DNA of 33,255 bases from a bacterium (GTDB lineage Bacteria > SZUA-182 > DTGQ01), in NCBI GenBank assembly GCA_040752695.1, contig JBFMGO010000066.1:1-33255 (forward strand). The letters are read 5' to 3'. A program made the translations under genes and the position numbers. Shown here piece after piece: positions 9,414-17,958 of the stretch. The number at the start of each line of letters is the position of its first letter. The stretch's first letter is position 1. The notes under the pieces were generated by a model. The model made no database searches. It was given only the letters and a program-made list of their open reading frames with translations, and was not told the DNA's origin.

Positions 9414-9740
9414 ATGGGAAAAAGAATCGCACGTGGTTTGGTTGTGGCTTTGATTGCCGTAGTATTTTTATCAGGATGCGGCGCAATGACCCTGACTCCG
9501 GCAACAGGGTTTGTCTATTCTGATATAAGAGGTCCTTATCATGCTACGAGCAATGAGGGATTTTCAAAAATGGGGATGTCCAGGGCCAGATCCATCCTGG
9601 GGTTGGTTGCGCTCGGTGATGCCAGTATTGACGCTGCAATGAAGAATGGCAATATTACCAAAGTCCATCATGTCGATTATCATAGTAAAAATATACTGAG
9701 CGTTTATGCTGAATTGACCGTATTTGTCTATGGGGAATAA
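9414..9740 (+). CDS. TRL-like family lipoprotein
   Basis: Signal peptide with LSGC lipobox; K.G.S.A.SILGLVALGDASIDAAMKNGNITKVHHVDY...NILSVY....VYGE is typical of the TRL family. Confidence 0.85.
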   Translation: MGKRIARGLVVALIAVVFLSGCGAMTLTPATGFVYSDIRGPYHATSNEGFSKMGMSRARSILGLVALGDASIDAAMKNGNITKVHHVDYHSKNILSVYAELTVFVYGE

Positions 9741-9785
9741 CTCCTTACCTTAAGATGTACTGCACGGGAGATATGTATCTGATGA

Positions 9786-9826
9786 ATGGGTGGGCCGAGG
9801 CGCGATGAGCGCTTCGACTCACCCGT
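9786..9826. repeat. REP-like GC-rich hairpin between convergent genes (possible bidirectional terminator)
   Basis: GGGTGGGCCGAGGCGC-gatga-GCGCTTCGACTCACCC: 16-bp stem with two G-U pairs and one mismatch, overlapping the 5'-nucleotidase stop codon. Confidence 0.6.
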
Positions 9827-11525
9827 AATGCAGGCCGCAACCGGCCGGTCTCTTATCGTCCTCGATACTGCTCTTATCGTCCTTGATAACAGTAATTCTC
9901 CCTCTCACCGTTGGACTGATCCTGCCTCCAAGGTATTCGATGTATTCAATTACCGCATCTTTTATGAACACCGAGGTATCGTATCTGTCGATGGCCTTTT
10001 GAAATATTTTATAGCCATCCCCGCCAGCAGCCAGATAGGAGTTGGTCACTACCCGATACAGTCTGTCCGGGTCGATTGGTTTTCCGTTTATAAGAATATT
10101 TTCCGCCCTTGCGGCTATTTTGTTTATGGTAAAGCTTACCCCCACGGAGACTTGAGGGAAAGCCCCCCGGCCACAGGTCGTGGCCATATAGTCGAAAAGG
10201 GACTGCATATCGCAACCCTGTAAGGTGAGAATAATTATCGAATTATCGAAAGGGAGTATTTCGTGGATCAGACTCCTTGCTACCTGCCCTTGAGGCAGGT
10301 CAGCCCTGATCCCGCCTCCGTTCTGGATCGCAAAATCGGCTCCTGCCTCCTTTGCATACCACAACATGGAATCCGCGATAATATCTCCCAGTGCGGTTTC
10401 CTCTTCAATCCCGGTCCTGTTGAGGAACCTTCCTTCTGCATGACCGATAATTTCCGAAAGGATCGGATTCAGATTATCAGCATACGGCCCGAGTAACGAC
10501 TGAAGTTCGCGGTCTTCCGCCATCCCATTCCAGCCCGTGATGCGATACACACCGTCTGGCTCTTCCCTGCCCGCTTCAAGACGAATGGGCAGTGTCTCGA
10601 AGCGGTAATCGATGACCTTGCGGTTTCGAACCCAAAGATCAACTCTGCCAAGGACAAGCCCCCACTGCCAGGCCTGGACGATAATGGTTTTATGCCCGTC
10701 AGGTCCTGCCACCAGGACCGGTTTATCGAGTTTTGTATGGGTATGGCCGTCCACGATGAGGTCTATACCGCTCACTTCCGAGGCCAGCCTTTTTGAGCCC
10801 CTTCGGCAGGATTCAAATATCCCCATGTGAACCAGGCCGATAACCACATCCGCCTGCTTTCTCAGCTCAGGAACAAGCCTTTTGGCTGCTTCGACCTCGT
10901 CTTCAAACACCAGATCCCCGGTATAGTGCGGATTGGTGATGAATCGGGTCTCCTTGGTGGTGAGACCGAAAACGGCTGCCTTAAATCCGCCGAAGTCTCG
11001 AATCATATGGGCCTGAGTGAGATACTCACCGCTTTTGGTCTTGATGTTGGCGGAAAGAAAAGGAAAACGGGCCTGCTTCATTTGCTCCTTCAAAACCTCT
11101 CTCGGGTTGTCGAACTCGTGGTTTCCCAGTGCCATGGCATCGTACCCGATAAGGTTGTAGCCTTCAAGGTCGGGCTTCGCCTTGAAAAAGTTCGACTCCG
11201 CCCTGCCCGTATTGAGATCTCCCGCATCCAGGACCAGAACATGATCGTTGATATTATTCTGTTCTCTTCTTATGTGCCTGATCAGTGAAGCCCGGCCAGG
11301 CAATCCGCCGACCCAGGAGCCGGGATAATGGGAAAACCTGAGCGGATGCCCATGGGTGTCATTCGTATGGAGAACCACCAGGTGATGGGAAGGGATCTCT
11401 GAAAGACCCCGAAGAAAAGGAAGGTGCTCTTGCGCCTTACTGCACGCAAGAGTGAGGGCCAGCAGCACAAAAACCAGCCAGCAGGTAACCCGTCGCGTTT
11501 GCCCCCTGCCTGCGGTGGCCCTCAC
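9819..11525 (-). CDS. ushA: Bifunctional UDP-sugar hydrolase / 5'-nucleotidase, probable lipoprotein
   Basis: LHTNDTHG, LDAGD, LGNHEFD, FLSANI, DGHTH, NGGGIR, LPFDN and YLAAGGDGY motifs; hydrophobic signal ending TLAC. Confidence 0.92.
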   Translation of the reverse strand: MRATAGRGQTRRVTCWLVFVLLALTLACSKAQEHLPFLRGLSEIPSHHLVVLHTNDTHGHPLRFSHYPGSWVGGLPGRASLIRHIRREQNNINDHVLVLDAGDLNTGRAESNFFKAKPDLEGYNLIGYDAMALGNHEFDNPREVLKEQMKQARFPFLSANIKTKSGEYLTQAHMIRDFGGFKAAVFGLTTKETRFITNPHYTGDLVFEDEVEAAKRLVPELRKQADVVIGLVHMGIFESCRRGSKRLASEVSGIDLIVDGHTHTKLDKPVLVAGPDGHKTIIVQAWQWGLVLGRVDLWVRNRKVIDYRFETLPIRLEAGREEPDGVYRITGWNGMAEDRELQSLLGPYADNLNPILSEIIGHAEGRFLNRTGIEEETALGDIIADSMLWYAKEAGADFAIQNGGGIRADLPQGQVARSLIHEILPFDNSIIILTLQGCDMQSLFDYMATTCGRGAFPQVSVGVSFTINKIAARAENILINGKPIDPDRLYRVVTNSYLAAGGDGYKIFQKAIDRYDTSVFIKDAVIEYIEYLGGRISPTVRGRITVIKDDKSSIEDDKRPAGCGLHYG

Positions 11526-11787
11526 CGGGGTTCTCCGGCAGGTGATGCCTTACCCTGAGATTTCATCATGAAAATGAAAGTGGATCCCACCCTGTTTCCT
11601 TATCTTGAAAAAATTTCCTGCCATTGTACTTTATTGGCCAGGCCAAAATCAAGGCCAAAAACCAAACGACTTCACCATGCTTCATCCCGCTCCTAAAAGG
11701 GGGTAATCGAATCTGGAGGAAAAACAGAAAAGCCATTGCCGGTGGGTGACAAAAAATAGAGACGAACGGCGTGACGTGTACTGATAC

Positions 11788-11839
11788 AGTCGCTTTTCAG
11801 CGACTCTCTTTTTCCTCTACAGTCGCAATGTAAAGACTG
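11788..11839 (+). promoter_or_regulatory. Paired palindromic enhancer (UAS) sites for a sigma-54 activator
   Basis: AGTCGC-N6-GCGACT (11788-11805, perfect) and AGTCGC-N6-AAGACT (11821-11838), 33 bp apart and 90-140 bp upstream of the -24 box. Confidence 0.7.
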
Positions 11840-11926
11840 AATGAGGAATCCCGCATCTTTCTACTTTCTCGATAACTATCTGTGTTGGCGATACTTTTAC
11901 CTTTGAACATTTGTCTTTGTCCAGGC

Positions 11927-11942
11927 TGGCACACCAGATGCT
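11927..11942 (+). promoter_or_regulatory. Sigma-54 (-24/-12) promoter of the orp-like operon
   Basis: TGGCACACCAGATGCT, GG-N10-GC spacing. Confidence 0.85.
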
Positions 11943-11977
11943 AATTCTTTATGACAATACTGTGGAGACAAGGCCGG

Positions 11978-12391
11978 ATGAGAGCAGCTTTAGCAATCTG
12001 GAACGAGAGGATTTCACCGGTGTTCGATGTATCCCGGCAAATTCTCGTTCTGGATATCGAAAATGGAAAGATCCTCGCGAGAAGAGAGGAGACACTGGAT
12101 GATGATCCGGTGCGCAAGGCAGGCAGCCTTGCCAGACTAAAAGTGGAAACATTGCTTTGTGGAGCGATTTCTAAACCGCTGGCCGGCATTCTGGCCGCAT
12201 ATGGCATCCGGACAATCTCCTTTATTTCGGGGAATTGCGATGAGGTCATTCTGGCTTTCCTTGCCGGTGATTTACCCAATCCGCAGATGGCCATGCCAGG
12301 CTGCCACGGCAGGATGCGCACCTGCGGGAAGATGGGAGGTATCCCGAAAGAGGCACCGGGAAAAGGCGTTTTTTCCAATGACGGCGAATGA
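11978..12391 (+). CDS. NifB/NifX (dinitrogenase FeMo-cofactor biosynthesis) family protein
   Basis: RISPVFD, V.TLLCGAIS, GI....FISG and MPGC tail. Start set at ATG 11978 because ATG 11951 lies at or before the predicted sigma-54 TSS. Confidence 0.85.
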   Translation: MRAALAIWNERISPVFDVSRQILVLDIENGKILARREETLDDDPVRKAGSLARLKVETLLCGAISKPLAGILAAYGIRTISFISGNCDEVILAFLAGDLPNPQMAMPGCHGRMRTCGKMGGIPKEAPGKGVFSNDGE

Positions 12392-12498
12392 TGAATGAGA
12401 TTTTTGGCAAAGAAACGTTATCCAGTGAACAAGAGGCATTATCCCGTGAAGAAAAAAACTCGAAGGTAAAGAAAAAACAGCATCAGATAAAACGATAA
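12388..12498 (+). CDS. Putative 36-aa charged peptide, translationally coupled
   Basis: ATGA overlap with the upstream stop; MMNEIFGKETLSSEQEALSREEKNSKVKKKQHQIKR. Below the ORF-track cutoff. Confidence 0.3.
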   Translation: MMNEIFGKETLSSEQEALSREEKNSKVKKKQHQIKR

Positions 12499-12645
12499 AA
12501 AAGCCAAAAGACAGGATTACACGATATACGGCAAAAGATAGGGGGGAGGAGTCGGGGGTTTTTTCCCCTACCATCCCTGGCCCCTGACCCTGCCCCCTAT
12601 CCCGTGGAACGAGAGATCTTACCGGCGGATGGAGGATAAAAGCTC

Positions 12646-13008
12646 GTGAAAATAGTAATCACTTCCAGTGGAAAGAGCCTGGAATCTCAGATAGACTCCC
12701 GTTTTGGCCGCGCAGCTCAATTTACCGTATACGACACGGAAACGGGTGAATTTCAGTTTGTGGAGAATAATCAAAATTTAAACGCTGCCCAAGGTGCAGG
12801 CATTCAGGCTGCTGAGGCGGTTTCCCGGATCGGTGCGGACTGCGTCATCACCGGCCACTGCGGGCCGAAAGCCTTCCGGACTCTTCAAGCGGCCGGAATC
12901 CAGATAATTACAGGAGCGCAAGGCACTGTTAGCTATGTAATCGAAGAATTCAAAGCAGGCAGATTGAAAACCTCGGACTCCCCCGATGTTGAAGGGCACT
13001 GGGCATGA
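12646..13008 (+). CDS. NifB/NifX family protein, orange protein (ORP)-like
   Basis: DSRFGRA, NQNLNAAQGAGIQAA, VITGHCGPKAF..L.AAGI and PDVEGHW; GGAGG SD before the GTG. Confidence 0.9.
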   Translation: MKIVITSSGKSLESQIDSRFGRAAQFTVYDTETGEFQFVENNQNLNAAQGAGIQAAEAVSRIGADCVITGHCGPKAFRTLQAAGIQIITGAQGTVSYVIEEFKAGRLKTSDSPDVEGHWA

Positions 13009-13138
13009 GAAAAGGGATTGTGAATCTCGCGCCAGCAGCTAGCCTGAGGCGGAACCATTGGGGGGTCCGAGGCATTAGGCTTTATTGCAGCAGTACAGGA
13101 AGTACAAAGCCTCTCCATAGTATCTCAGGAGGCCGAGA

Positions 13139-14008
13139 GTGATCATTTGTGTTGCCAGCGGTAAGGGAGGAACAGGAAAAACCACTCTTGCCGTCAACCT
13201 CGCCCTCGCCCTCTCCATCCCCGGCACGGTTTGGCTCCTCGATTGCGACGTCGAGGAGCCAAACTGCCATATCTTTCTGAAACCGGATATTCAATGGGCG
13301 GAATCAGTCGGCATCCCTACCCCCGTTGTTGACGAAACCAGATGTACTGCCTGCGGAGAGTGCGGCAGGATATGTCAGTATCATGCTATCGTCTCCCTTA
13401 AGTCCAGGGCGCTGGTATTCCCTGAACTTTGCCACGGGTGCGGGGGCTGCGTAAGGGTCTGCCCCAAAGGCGCTATAAAGGAGAGCATGACCGAGGTCGG
13501 CGTCATTGAAGGTGGAGTAGGGGACAAAGTGAACTTTGTCCAGGGCCTCTTGAATATCGGCCAGGCCATGCCGGCACCGCTCATTCGGGCAGTCAGGCGG
13601 CATGCCGTTCATGACGGTCTTATCATTGTCGATTGCCCCCCCGGCACTTCCTGCCCGGTCATCGCCGCGATCAAAGGCAGTGACTTTGTGCTTTTAGTCA
13701 CCGAACCTACACCGTTCGGCCTCCACGACCTTACCCTGGCTGTGGAAACCGTACGGCAGCTTAAGATCCCCCATGGGGCGGTCATCAACCGGGCCGATAA
13801 CGGCGATGGTCAGGTAATGGATTACTGCCGCAGGGAGGGCATCCCTGTTCTCATGCAGATTCCGGATGAACGCAGGATAGCCGAAGCATATTCGGCAGGA
13901 AAGATGGCGATTGATGTTTTTCCCCAGTTGCGTAAAGGGTTCGAAAAGTTGTATAAAGATATCGTGCAATCTCTTCCCCTTTCCTCAAGGGGGACGGCAG
14001 GGGTTTAA
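13139..14008 (+). CDS. MinD-superfamily P-loop ATPase with inserted 2x[4Fe-4S] ferredoxin domain (Orp3/4-like)
   Basis: SGKGGTGKTT, DCDVEEPN, CTACGECGRICQY, CHGCGGCVRVCP, DCPPGTSCP and VTEPTPFGLHDL. Confidence 0.92.
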   Translation: MIICVASGKGGTGKTTLAVNLALALSIPGTVWLLDCDVEEPNCHIFLKPDIQWAESVGIPTPVVDETRCTACGECGRICQYHAIVSLKSRALVFPELCHGCGGCVRVCPKGAIKESMTEVGVIEGGVGDKVNFVQGLLNIGQAMPAPLIRAVRRHAVHDGLIIVDCPPGTSCPVIAAIKGSDFVLLVTEPTPFGLHDLTLAVETVRQLKIPHGAVINRADNGDGQVMDYCRREGIPVLMQIPDERRIAEAYSAGKMAIDVFPQLRKGFEKLYKDIVQSLPLSSRGTAGV

Positions 14009-14082
14009 CAGAATACACCTCTTGCCAAGTGACCAGACACTAAGCAACCGATGAGAAAAAGTTTCATAAAGGAGAACCTTTT

Positions 14083-14361
14083 ATGCCAACCTATGAGTAC
14101 CAGTGTGAAGCGTGCGGCTGTAAGTTCGAGCGGTTCATGAACATGTCGGATGAGCCGCTCAAGGAATGTCCCCAGTGTGGAGGCAGTGTGCGGCGTTTGA
14201 TTGGTTCGGGGGCGGGTTTCATTCTCAAAAAATCGGATTCCCATCACGAGGGCCACCACCACAGAGGGCATGAGGGCCCCTGTTCCCTGGAGAGTTCCGG
14301 GAGGACGTGCTGCGGCCGTGACGAGAGGTGTGGCAATTCGACCTGCGGGAACGAGGGATGA
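14083..14361 (+). CDS. FmdB-family zinc-ribbon protein with a His/Cys-rich tail
   Basis: MPTYEYQCEACG..FE...CPQCG..VRRLI, followed by HHEGHHHRGH and C-x8-CC-x5-C-x4-C; AAGGAG SD. Confidence 0.9.
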   Translation: MPTYEYQCEACGCKFERFMNMSDEPLKECPQCGGSVRRLIGSGAGFILKKSDSHHEGHHHRGHEGPCSLESSGRTCCGRDERCGNSTCGNEG

Positions 14362-15239
14362 AGGAACTCGTTGTCATCAGCGGGAAAGGAGGGACAGGCA
14401 AGACCAGCCTTTTGGCTTCCTTTGCCGCTCTGGCAAAAAATGCGGTCTGTGCGGACTGCGACGTGGATGCGGCTGATCTGCACCTTATTCTTTCGCCCGC
14501 TGTCCTGAGCAGCACCGGGTTTTGGAGCGGCCACGAGGCTGTCATCCGCCGGAAAGATTGCATTCAGTGCGGGAGCTGTTTTACGCATTGTCGATTTAGC
14601 GCTGTCCAGAAAATGAAGGGAAGCGAGGCAGCGGAGTTTTCCATAGATCCGGTTTCCTGTGAAGGCTGCGGTGTGTGCGTCCGGTTCTGCCCGGTCAAAG
14701 CGATCGATTTTCCTGAAAAGAAGTGCGGGGAGTGGTTTTTATCGAGAACCCGCTTTGGCCCGATGGTGCATGCCCGGCTCGGCATCGCTGCCGAGAATTC
14801 CGGCAAGCTGGTAACGGTTGTGCGCAAGGAGGCCCGCAGGCTCGCACAGGAGGCAGGGAGCGATCTTATCCTTGTGGATGGGCCGCCTGGCATCGGGTGT
14901 GCGGCCATTGCCTCTATCAGTGGTGCGTCGTTCGTGGTGGTAGTGACAGAGCCGACACTTTCGGGCGAGCACGACCTAGAGAGGGTTCTGTCACTGACCA
15001 GGCATTTTGGCATCCGGACGGCTGTCTGTGTGAACAAATGGGACCTGAATCAGGACATGGCCGACCGGATAGAGCGCAAGGCGCTCGTATCCGGCTGCCA
15101 GGCCCTTGAACGAATATCTTATGACCGAAATGTCACCGCTGCACAGGTAAACGGCAAAGCGGTCGTCGAGTACCGTGACTGTCCGGCAGCACAAGACATC
15201 AGGAAAGGATGGCAAACGGTATGTCATATGATTGGATAA
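14358..15239 (+). CDS. Second MinD-superfamily P-loop ATPase with inserted 2x[4Fe-4S] ferredoxin domain (Orp3/4-like)
   Basis: MKELVVISGKGGTGKTS, DCDVDAADLHL, CIQCGSCFTHCRF, CEGCGVCVRFCP, ENSGKLV and DGPPGIGC. Start 14358 overlaps the upstream stop (ATGA). Confidence 0.92.
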   Translation: MKELVVISGKGGTGKTSLLASFAALAKNAVCADCDVDAADLHLILSPAVLSSTGFWSGHEAVIRRKDCIQCGSCFTHCRFSAVQKMKGSEAAEFSIDPVSCEGCGVCVRFCPVKAIDFPEKKCGEWFLSRTRFGPMVHARLGIAAENSGKLVTVVRKEARRLAQEAGSDLILVDGPPGIGCAAIASISGASFVVVVTEPTLSGEHDLERVLSLTRHFGIRTAVCVNKWDLNQDMADRIERKALVSGCQALERISYDRNVTAAQVNGKAVVEYRDCPAAQDIRKGWQTVCHMIG

Positions 15240-16981
15240 GCGGGGAACGCAAGCTCCCTGCAAACTTCGGCCCGATGAAAGGAGCCAGCGGGCACGCCAG
15301 AATTACCGGCCCGTGCGGCGATACCATGGAGTTCTGGGTCAGAACCGAAGAGAACAGCATAGTTCAGGTTACGTTCACGACCGACGGCTGTGCTGCATCC
15401 ATAGCCAGCGGCAGTACGGCGGCGAAACTTGCAGAAACCGCTGCGGACAGGCAGAAGGTCTTTCTGCTGTCACAGGACGATATTCTGGCCGCTTTAGGCG
15501 GGTTGCCAGAAGAAGAGCGACACTGCGCCCTTTTAGCAGTCAGCACGCTGAAAGCTGCACTGTCCGATTCCTTTGGCACCTGGGAAGGCCAGCCTGAAGA
15601 ATGCCACACAGACGAATGCCAGCCTGCGGGAAGGCAGGCCATGGAAAACCAGTCCGGCGAGCCCCAGTGCCATGACACTCCCGGCCGCCAGATATGCGGC
15701 ACCTGTGAAAGCGAAGGTTGCAGTGCAAGGCAGGCACGGGAGGGCGAAAGCCAGAATGATTTCAAGGAGCGGCAGTCGCTCGAGAGCAGGATGTGCCGAA
15801 TCGCCCACAAGGTCATCGTTCTTTCGGGCAAGGGGGGAGTGGGTAAAAGTACCGTGGCCGTCAATCTCGCCATTTCCCTTGCGCTGGCAGGCAGGCGCGT
15901 GGGTCTTCTCGATATCGACATTCATGGCCCAAGCGTACCGAAGATGCTTCAGTTGGAAGGCAGACCGCTACAGATCACCTCAGAGCAGTCCATTCTTCCG
16001 ATCAGGCTTGGAGACAAAATGAAGGTCATGTCTATCGGTTTTCTCCTTCGGAACCAGGATGACGCCATTATCTGGCGCGGGCCACTGAAAATGGGCGTGA
16101 TCCGGCAATTTCTCAAGGACGTGGAATGGGGAGATCTGGATTTTTTGGTTATCGACTCGCCGCCGGGCACTGGTGATGAGCTTTTGTCAATCTGCCAGCT
16201 TATCGAGGATATCGACGGTGCAGTGGTCGTCACCACACCTCAGGAGGTGGCCACTGCGGACGTGCGCAAATCCATCAGCTTCTGCCGCCAGTTATCGATC
16301 CCTCTGTTTGGAGTGATCGAGAACATGAGCGGCTTTGCCTGCCCCACATGCGGCCAGGTGACCCAGATCTTCAAAACGGGCGGAGGAGAGCAGATATCCC
16401 GCATGATGAATATCCCATTCCTTGGCCGCATACCCATTGACCCGAAGATAGGCGATGCCTGTGATGCAGGAACGCCCTATGTCCATCATTATGCCCAAAC
16501 CGAAACAGCCAGGGCATTCGAGCATATTATCGGTCCGATACTTCACATCGCGATTCCGGAGCATAAACCTGAGGAAGCTATCGATCCGCAAGGAGTGAAC
16601 AACCCGCAAGGAGCGGACAGTCCGCAGAGAAAGGAGAACACCATGCGTGTAGCCATTCCGGTAGCCAACGGCAAACTATCAATGCACTTTGGTCATTGCG
16701 AAAAATTCGCTCTGATCGATGTAGACCCAAAAACGCGAGCCATCCTGAAAAACGAAACCATTGACGCGCCGGAGCATCAACCGGGGCTTCTCCCCCCCTG
16801 GCTGGCCGAGAGGGGCGTGCAGGTTGTCATTGCAGGAGGAATGGGGGAGCGTGCCCAGAGTCTTTTTGCACAGAACAATATCACGGTGGTTGTGGGTGCA
16901 GCAGCAGAGGCACCCGAAAAGTTGATTGTCGGCTATCTTGACGGAACGCTGCAAGTCGGTGAAAATGTCTGTGATCATTGA
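15209..16981 (+). CDS. mrp: Fe-S scaffold/carrier fusion: IscU/NifU-N-like domain + Mrp/ApbC/NBP35 ATPase + NifB/NifX domain
   Basis: N-terminal GPCGD, DGC and RHCA; central SGKGGVGKST, DIHGPS, WRGP, DSPPGTGDE and ENMSGFACPTC; C-terminal HFGHCEKF, IAGGMG and CDH. Start is 15209 or 15221. Confidence 0.9.
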   Translation: MANGMSYDWISGERKLPANFGPMKGASGHARITGPCGDTMEFWVRTEENSIVQVTFTTDGCAASIASGSTAAKLAETAADRQKVFLLSQDDILAALGGLPEEERHCALLAVSTLKAALSDSFGTWEGQPEECHTDECQPAGRQAMENQSGEPQCHDTPGRQICGTCESEGCSARQAREGESQNDFKERQSLESRMCRIAHKVIVLSGKGGVGKSTVAVNLAISLALAGRRVGLLDIDIHGPSVPKMLQLEGRPLQITSEQSILPIRLGDKMKVMSIGFLLRNQDDAIIWRGPLKMGVIRQFLKDVEWGDLDFLVIDSPPGTGDELLSICQLIEDIDGAVVVTTPQEVATADVRKSISFCRQLSIPLFGVIENMSGFACPTCGQVTQIFKTGGGEQISRMMNIPFLGRIPIDPKIGDACDAGTPYVHHYAQTETARAFEHIIGPILHIAIPEHKPEEAIDPQGVNNPQGADSPQRKENTMRVAIPVANGKLSMHFGHCEKFALIDVDPKTRAILKNETIDAPEHQPGLLPPWLAERGVQVVIAGGMGERAQSLFAQNNITVVVGAAAEAPEKLIVGYLDGTLQVGENVCDH

Positions 16982-17036
16982 TCTTCCCTTTTCGAAAACA
17001 ATCCCGGAGGGGAAAACATCGGATCGGGAAAATTAG

Positions 17037-17065
17037 TTGACAACCGGACGAATATTTGTTATAAA
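17037..17065 (+). promoter_or_regulatory. Sigma-70 promoter of tRNA-Gly/tRNA-Cys
   Basis: TTGACA-N17-TATAAA with TGn extension. Confidence 0.8.
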
Positions 17066-17087
17066 TAAAGCTGTATTCACAACAAAA

Positions 17088-17159
17088 GCGGGAATAGCTC
17101 AGCGGTAGAGCATCGCCTTGCCAAGGCGGTGGTCGCGGGTTCAAATCCCGTTTCCCGCT
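17088..17159 (+). tRNA. tRNA-Gly (GCC)
   Basis: GCGGGAA/TTCCCGC acceptor stem, D arm AGCTCAGCGGTAGAGC, anticodon GCC at 17120-17122, GGTTCAAATCC T arm; no encoded CCA. Confidence 0.97.
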
Positions 17160-17173
17160 CTTTTTTTAATTAA

Positions 17174-17244
17174 GGCGGCATAGCCAAGCGGCAAGGCAGA
17201 GGTCTGCAAAACCTTTATCCCCGGTTCAAATCCGGGTGCCGCCT
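17174..17244 (+). tRNA. tRNA-Cys (GCA)
   Basis: GGCGGCA/TGCCGCC acceptor stem, anticodon GCA at 17206-17208, GGTTCAAATCC T arm, U discriminator; no encoded CCA. Confidence 0.97.
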
Positions 17245-17295
17245 TCACTTCAAGAGAATTACCACTTCCCCGCTATAAATTGAATTGGTCATATG

Positions 17296-17358
17296 TCGAA
17301 AATCACCCTTGTCCCCCCTTTACGAAACAGGGGAATAAAAACCCTTATCGCAAGGGGG
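17296..17358. repeat. Dispersed CCCCT-Nn-AGGGG palindromic repeat copy
   Basis: TCGAAAAT..CCCCCCTTTACGAAACAGGGGAATAAAAACCCTT; shares both flanks with the copy at 22573. Confidence 0.55.
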
Positions 17359-17430
17359 AAGGACGAAAACCTGCCACTTCTGTAATGTAATGTGTACTTA
17401 AGTTTCCCAGATCGACTGGCTATGGCTTTT

Positions 17431-17958
17431 TTAATTCTCCTGACCATAACCAATCAGCTTTTTTACTTTCCCAATGACCTCTTCAATCGAAATATCCATG
17501 AAGCAATGTCTGGTTTGACAGGCAAGCTTCTGCGGGATAGAGCAGGGAGAGCATCTGGCATCCTTACTGATGACTTCTATCTGGGCTGTAGGGGGTGCAC
17601 CCCATTGAGAGGGCCTCGTTGTTCCGAAAAGTACGACAGTCGGCACTCCAAGAGAAGCGGCCAGCCTGCTTGTACCGCTGTCCGGTCCGATAAACAAGCC
17701 GCAAGGCTTGAGTATCGCCCCTAATTGATCCAGGTCCAGGAGACTGATAGTGTGCGGCCTTTCTCCTCCCATATGCTCGGAGATCTCTTCCACATAGTCC
17801 CGATCCTGGGGTCCGGCAATAATCCATATCTCAAAACCAAAATCCTGCCTACATTTTTGAAGCAAATCCCCTACTCGTGATGCAGGCCAAAATCTTTTCC
17901 CCTGCCCTATTCTCGGGTTAAGGATAAGTTTTGGTTTACCATTGCTGTACCTTTCCAT
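17431..17958 (-). pseudogene. Glycosyltransferase family 9 (LPS heptosyltransferase-like), C-terminal half only
   Basis: KRFWP, DLDQLGAILK.C.LFIGPDSG..LAASLGVPTVVLFG, CSPC and CF.DIS.EEV. Only 175 aa against ~330-350 for a full GT9; the N-terminal domain is absent. Confidence 0.75.

Noticed and set aside
11640..11660. Sigma-54 promoter for the 5'-nucleotidase (TTGGCCTTGATTTTGGC, minus strand)
   Set aside because: The spacing gives GG-N10-GG rather than GG-N10-GC; better explained as a GGCCAAAA direct repeat.
11978..16981. Nitrogen fixation (nif) cluster
   Set aside because: NifB/NifX-family and NifU-like domains are present, but there is no nifH/D/K/E/N or radical-SAM NifB; the gene set matches orp-like clusters.
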